Below, piece after piece: positions 10,150-11,400 of a DNA stretch of 11,400 bases. Made by a program: the position numbers and the translations under genes. The notes beneath the pieces were generated by a model. The model had not been told where the DNA came from, made no database searches, and worked only from the letters and a program-made list of their open reading frames with translations. Numbering within the stretch: the stretch's first letter is position 1; the number at the start of each line of letters is the position of its first letter. Location of the stretch: the NCBI GenBank assembly GCA_016748015.1, contig JAAOMT010000168.1, positions 143,108-154,507 of the forward strand. Reading direction: 5' to 3'. The DNA comes from Geosiphon pyriformis uo1 (Eukaryota; Fungi; Glomeromycota).

Positions 10150-11118
10150 ATTTGTTACTGTTTTGTTTTTTTTGTTTTTAATACTTTTACTATATATACA
10201 TAATTTGTATTATATAAAATTCTATATATTTTTACTTTTTTTTACATTTCTTTTTGAAAATATACTCATTCTTGAAAATATGTTGTAATTTTTTGAAAAT
10301 ATGCTATAATTTCTTAAAAATATACTTGTTAAATATTATTTTCTTATTGGTCTATTTTATAATCTGTTTTTTATTTTTTTTTGTACTTTTTTTCTATGAA
10401 TAATAATATTTTTTTTAGTATTGAATTCTGTTGAAATTTTTATTTTGAATTAAGTTTATTACTTTTTTTTCTAATATTATTTGTTTAATTCTGGTTCTTA
10501 TATCTTTGAATTAAGAGTTGGTTATTTTTTTTCCACTGGTTAATAATTATTGTTTTTATGTCTAAAAATAGTAGTATTTCTGAATAATCTTAAAATATAG
10601 TATGTAATTGATAAATTGTTTTGATGTATAGTATAAAATTTGTTTTTTTATAAAGTTTTTAATTTGTTGTACTATTTTTTGATTGAACTTTTTTTTGGAT
10701 ATGTTAATATATAATTTCTAAATATTCAGCTTTTGTTTTAATTGATAGTAGCAATATGTTATTAGAAGTTGTTTTATCTATAGCTTTCAATTTTATTTAA
10801 TTAATTTTTCAATTAAAATAGTAATTAGTATTTTTTTAAAAGTGTTTTTTACTTTTTCTATAATTTTATTTGATAAATGCTTTGTTTAATTTTGTAGTTG
10901 TTAATATAAAATAATTTTTGCTTTTTTTTTTCTTTGTGTTTTATAACAAATTATTTGAAATTAATAATTATTTTTATGTCCAATTGTTGTTGATTTATAA
11001 TTTGAAATAATTGTTGTGTTATTGTGTAGATGTGATTTGGAATTTTTATCTTTTATTGTTGTTTTTGTCACATATACTGAGTTTTTATATATTATTAACT
11101 TGATCTACTTTTTTGCAT
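10150..11118 (-). pseudogene. Decayed extra ORF immediately downstream of Gypsy pol (unknown function)
   Basis: An ATG at 11118-11116 overlaps the end of the pol frame. One Q/K/I-rich frame runs ~260 nt (e.g. PNHIYTITQQLFQIINQQQLDIKII) with stops attributable to CAA/CGA/TGG transitions, then continues across slips in A runs. Repeats with 18/21-nt spacing lie near its end. The downstream boundary is approximate. Confidence 0.5.
10251..10326. repeat. Short tandem repeat, core TT(G/A)AAAATAT, 4 copies
   Basis: Cores at 10254, 10272, 10293 and 10314 (spacings 18, 21, 21). Confidence 0.7.
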
Positions 11119-11398
11119 TTTTTTTAATAATTATGATTAATTCTAAATCTTGTAAAATTTTATCTGATTTAATTAGTATTTTTTGTATTCTCAGTTGTAA
11201 AATATTATTGGTAGATAATAATACTATATTGTAATATGGTTTCAGTTAATTATTATGTGCTGCTTTAATTAAAATTTGGTTATTCTATCTTAATTTATAA
11301 GTTTTATTTTCTAGAATTTTTTTGATGTAAAATGAATTATTTTATTTAGAATTAAACTTTTTATTCTATTGTTTTTTTGTTTTGATATAATGTAAAAA
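11105..11398 (-). pseudogene. Ty3/Gypsy integrase C-terminal (GPF/SH3-like) region, heavily mutated; element continues beyond the window end
   Basis: A single frame reads FLHYIKTKKQ*NKKFNSK*NNSFYIKKILENKTYKLR*NNQILIKAAHNN*LKPYY...QDLELIIIIK. Reverting only G>A and C>T gives LLH....EKQWSGKFDPKWDGPFYIEEILGNGAYKL.....AHGDRLKPY, the canonical K..P.W.GPF.I....G..Y.L...H...LK.Y module. Confidence 0.8.
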
Positions 11399-11400
11399 TA

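Noticed and set aside
11016-11234. 72-aa hydrophobic + strand ORF
   Set aside because: It is antisense to the A-rich Gypsy relic, has a non-ATG start, and its composition is explained by T-richness.

Overview
This is a eukaryotic, repeat-only window with no intact host gene; it is probably fungal. From memory the proteins resemble Glomeromycotina/Geosiphon-type repeats, which I could not verify. The window holds three retroelements at different stages of decay. (1) A near full-length + strand LINE (~545-6763). ORF1 has two RRM-like domains, a CCHC knuckle and a C-terminal leucine zipper. ORF2 starts in an ATGA overlap and reads APE endonuclease-RT-RNase H-CCHC finger. It is inactivated by 14 in-frame TGA/TAG stops and a ~510-nt deletion of the RT catalytic core at a CATT microhomology. 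(2) Inside the apparently featureless AT-rich right half is a second, related LINE on the - strand (~9538-6942), tail-to-tail with the first. Its G and C bases have largely been converted to A and T, but its motifs are still readable and it retains the RT segment the first copy lost. (3) A similarly converted Ty3/Gypsy relic on the - strand, with an integrase C-terminus at 11398-11105, a decayed extra ORF downstream of pol and a candidate LTR. The most notable signal is pervasive C>T/G>A hypermutation on both strands and in several sequence contexts, which looks like a RIP-like genome-defence process.
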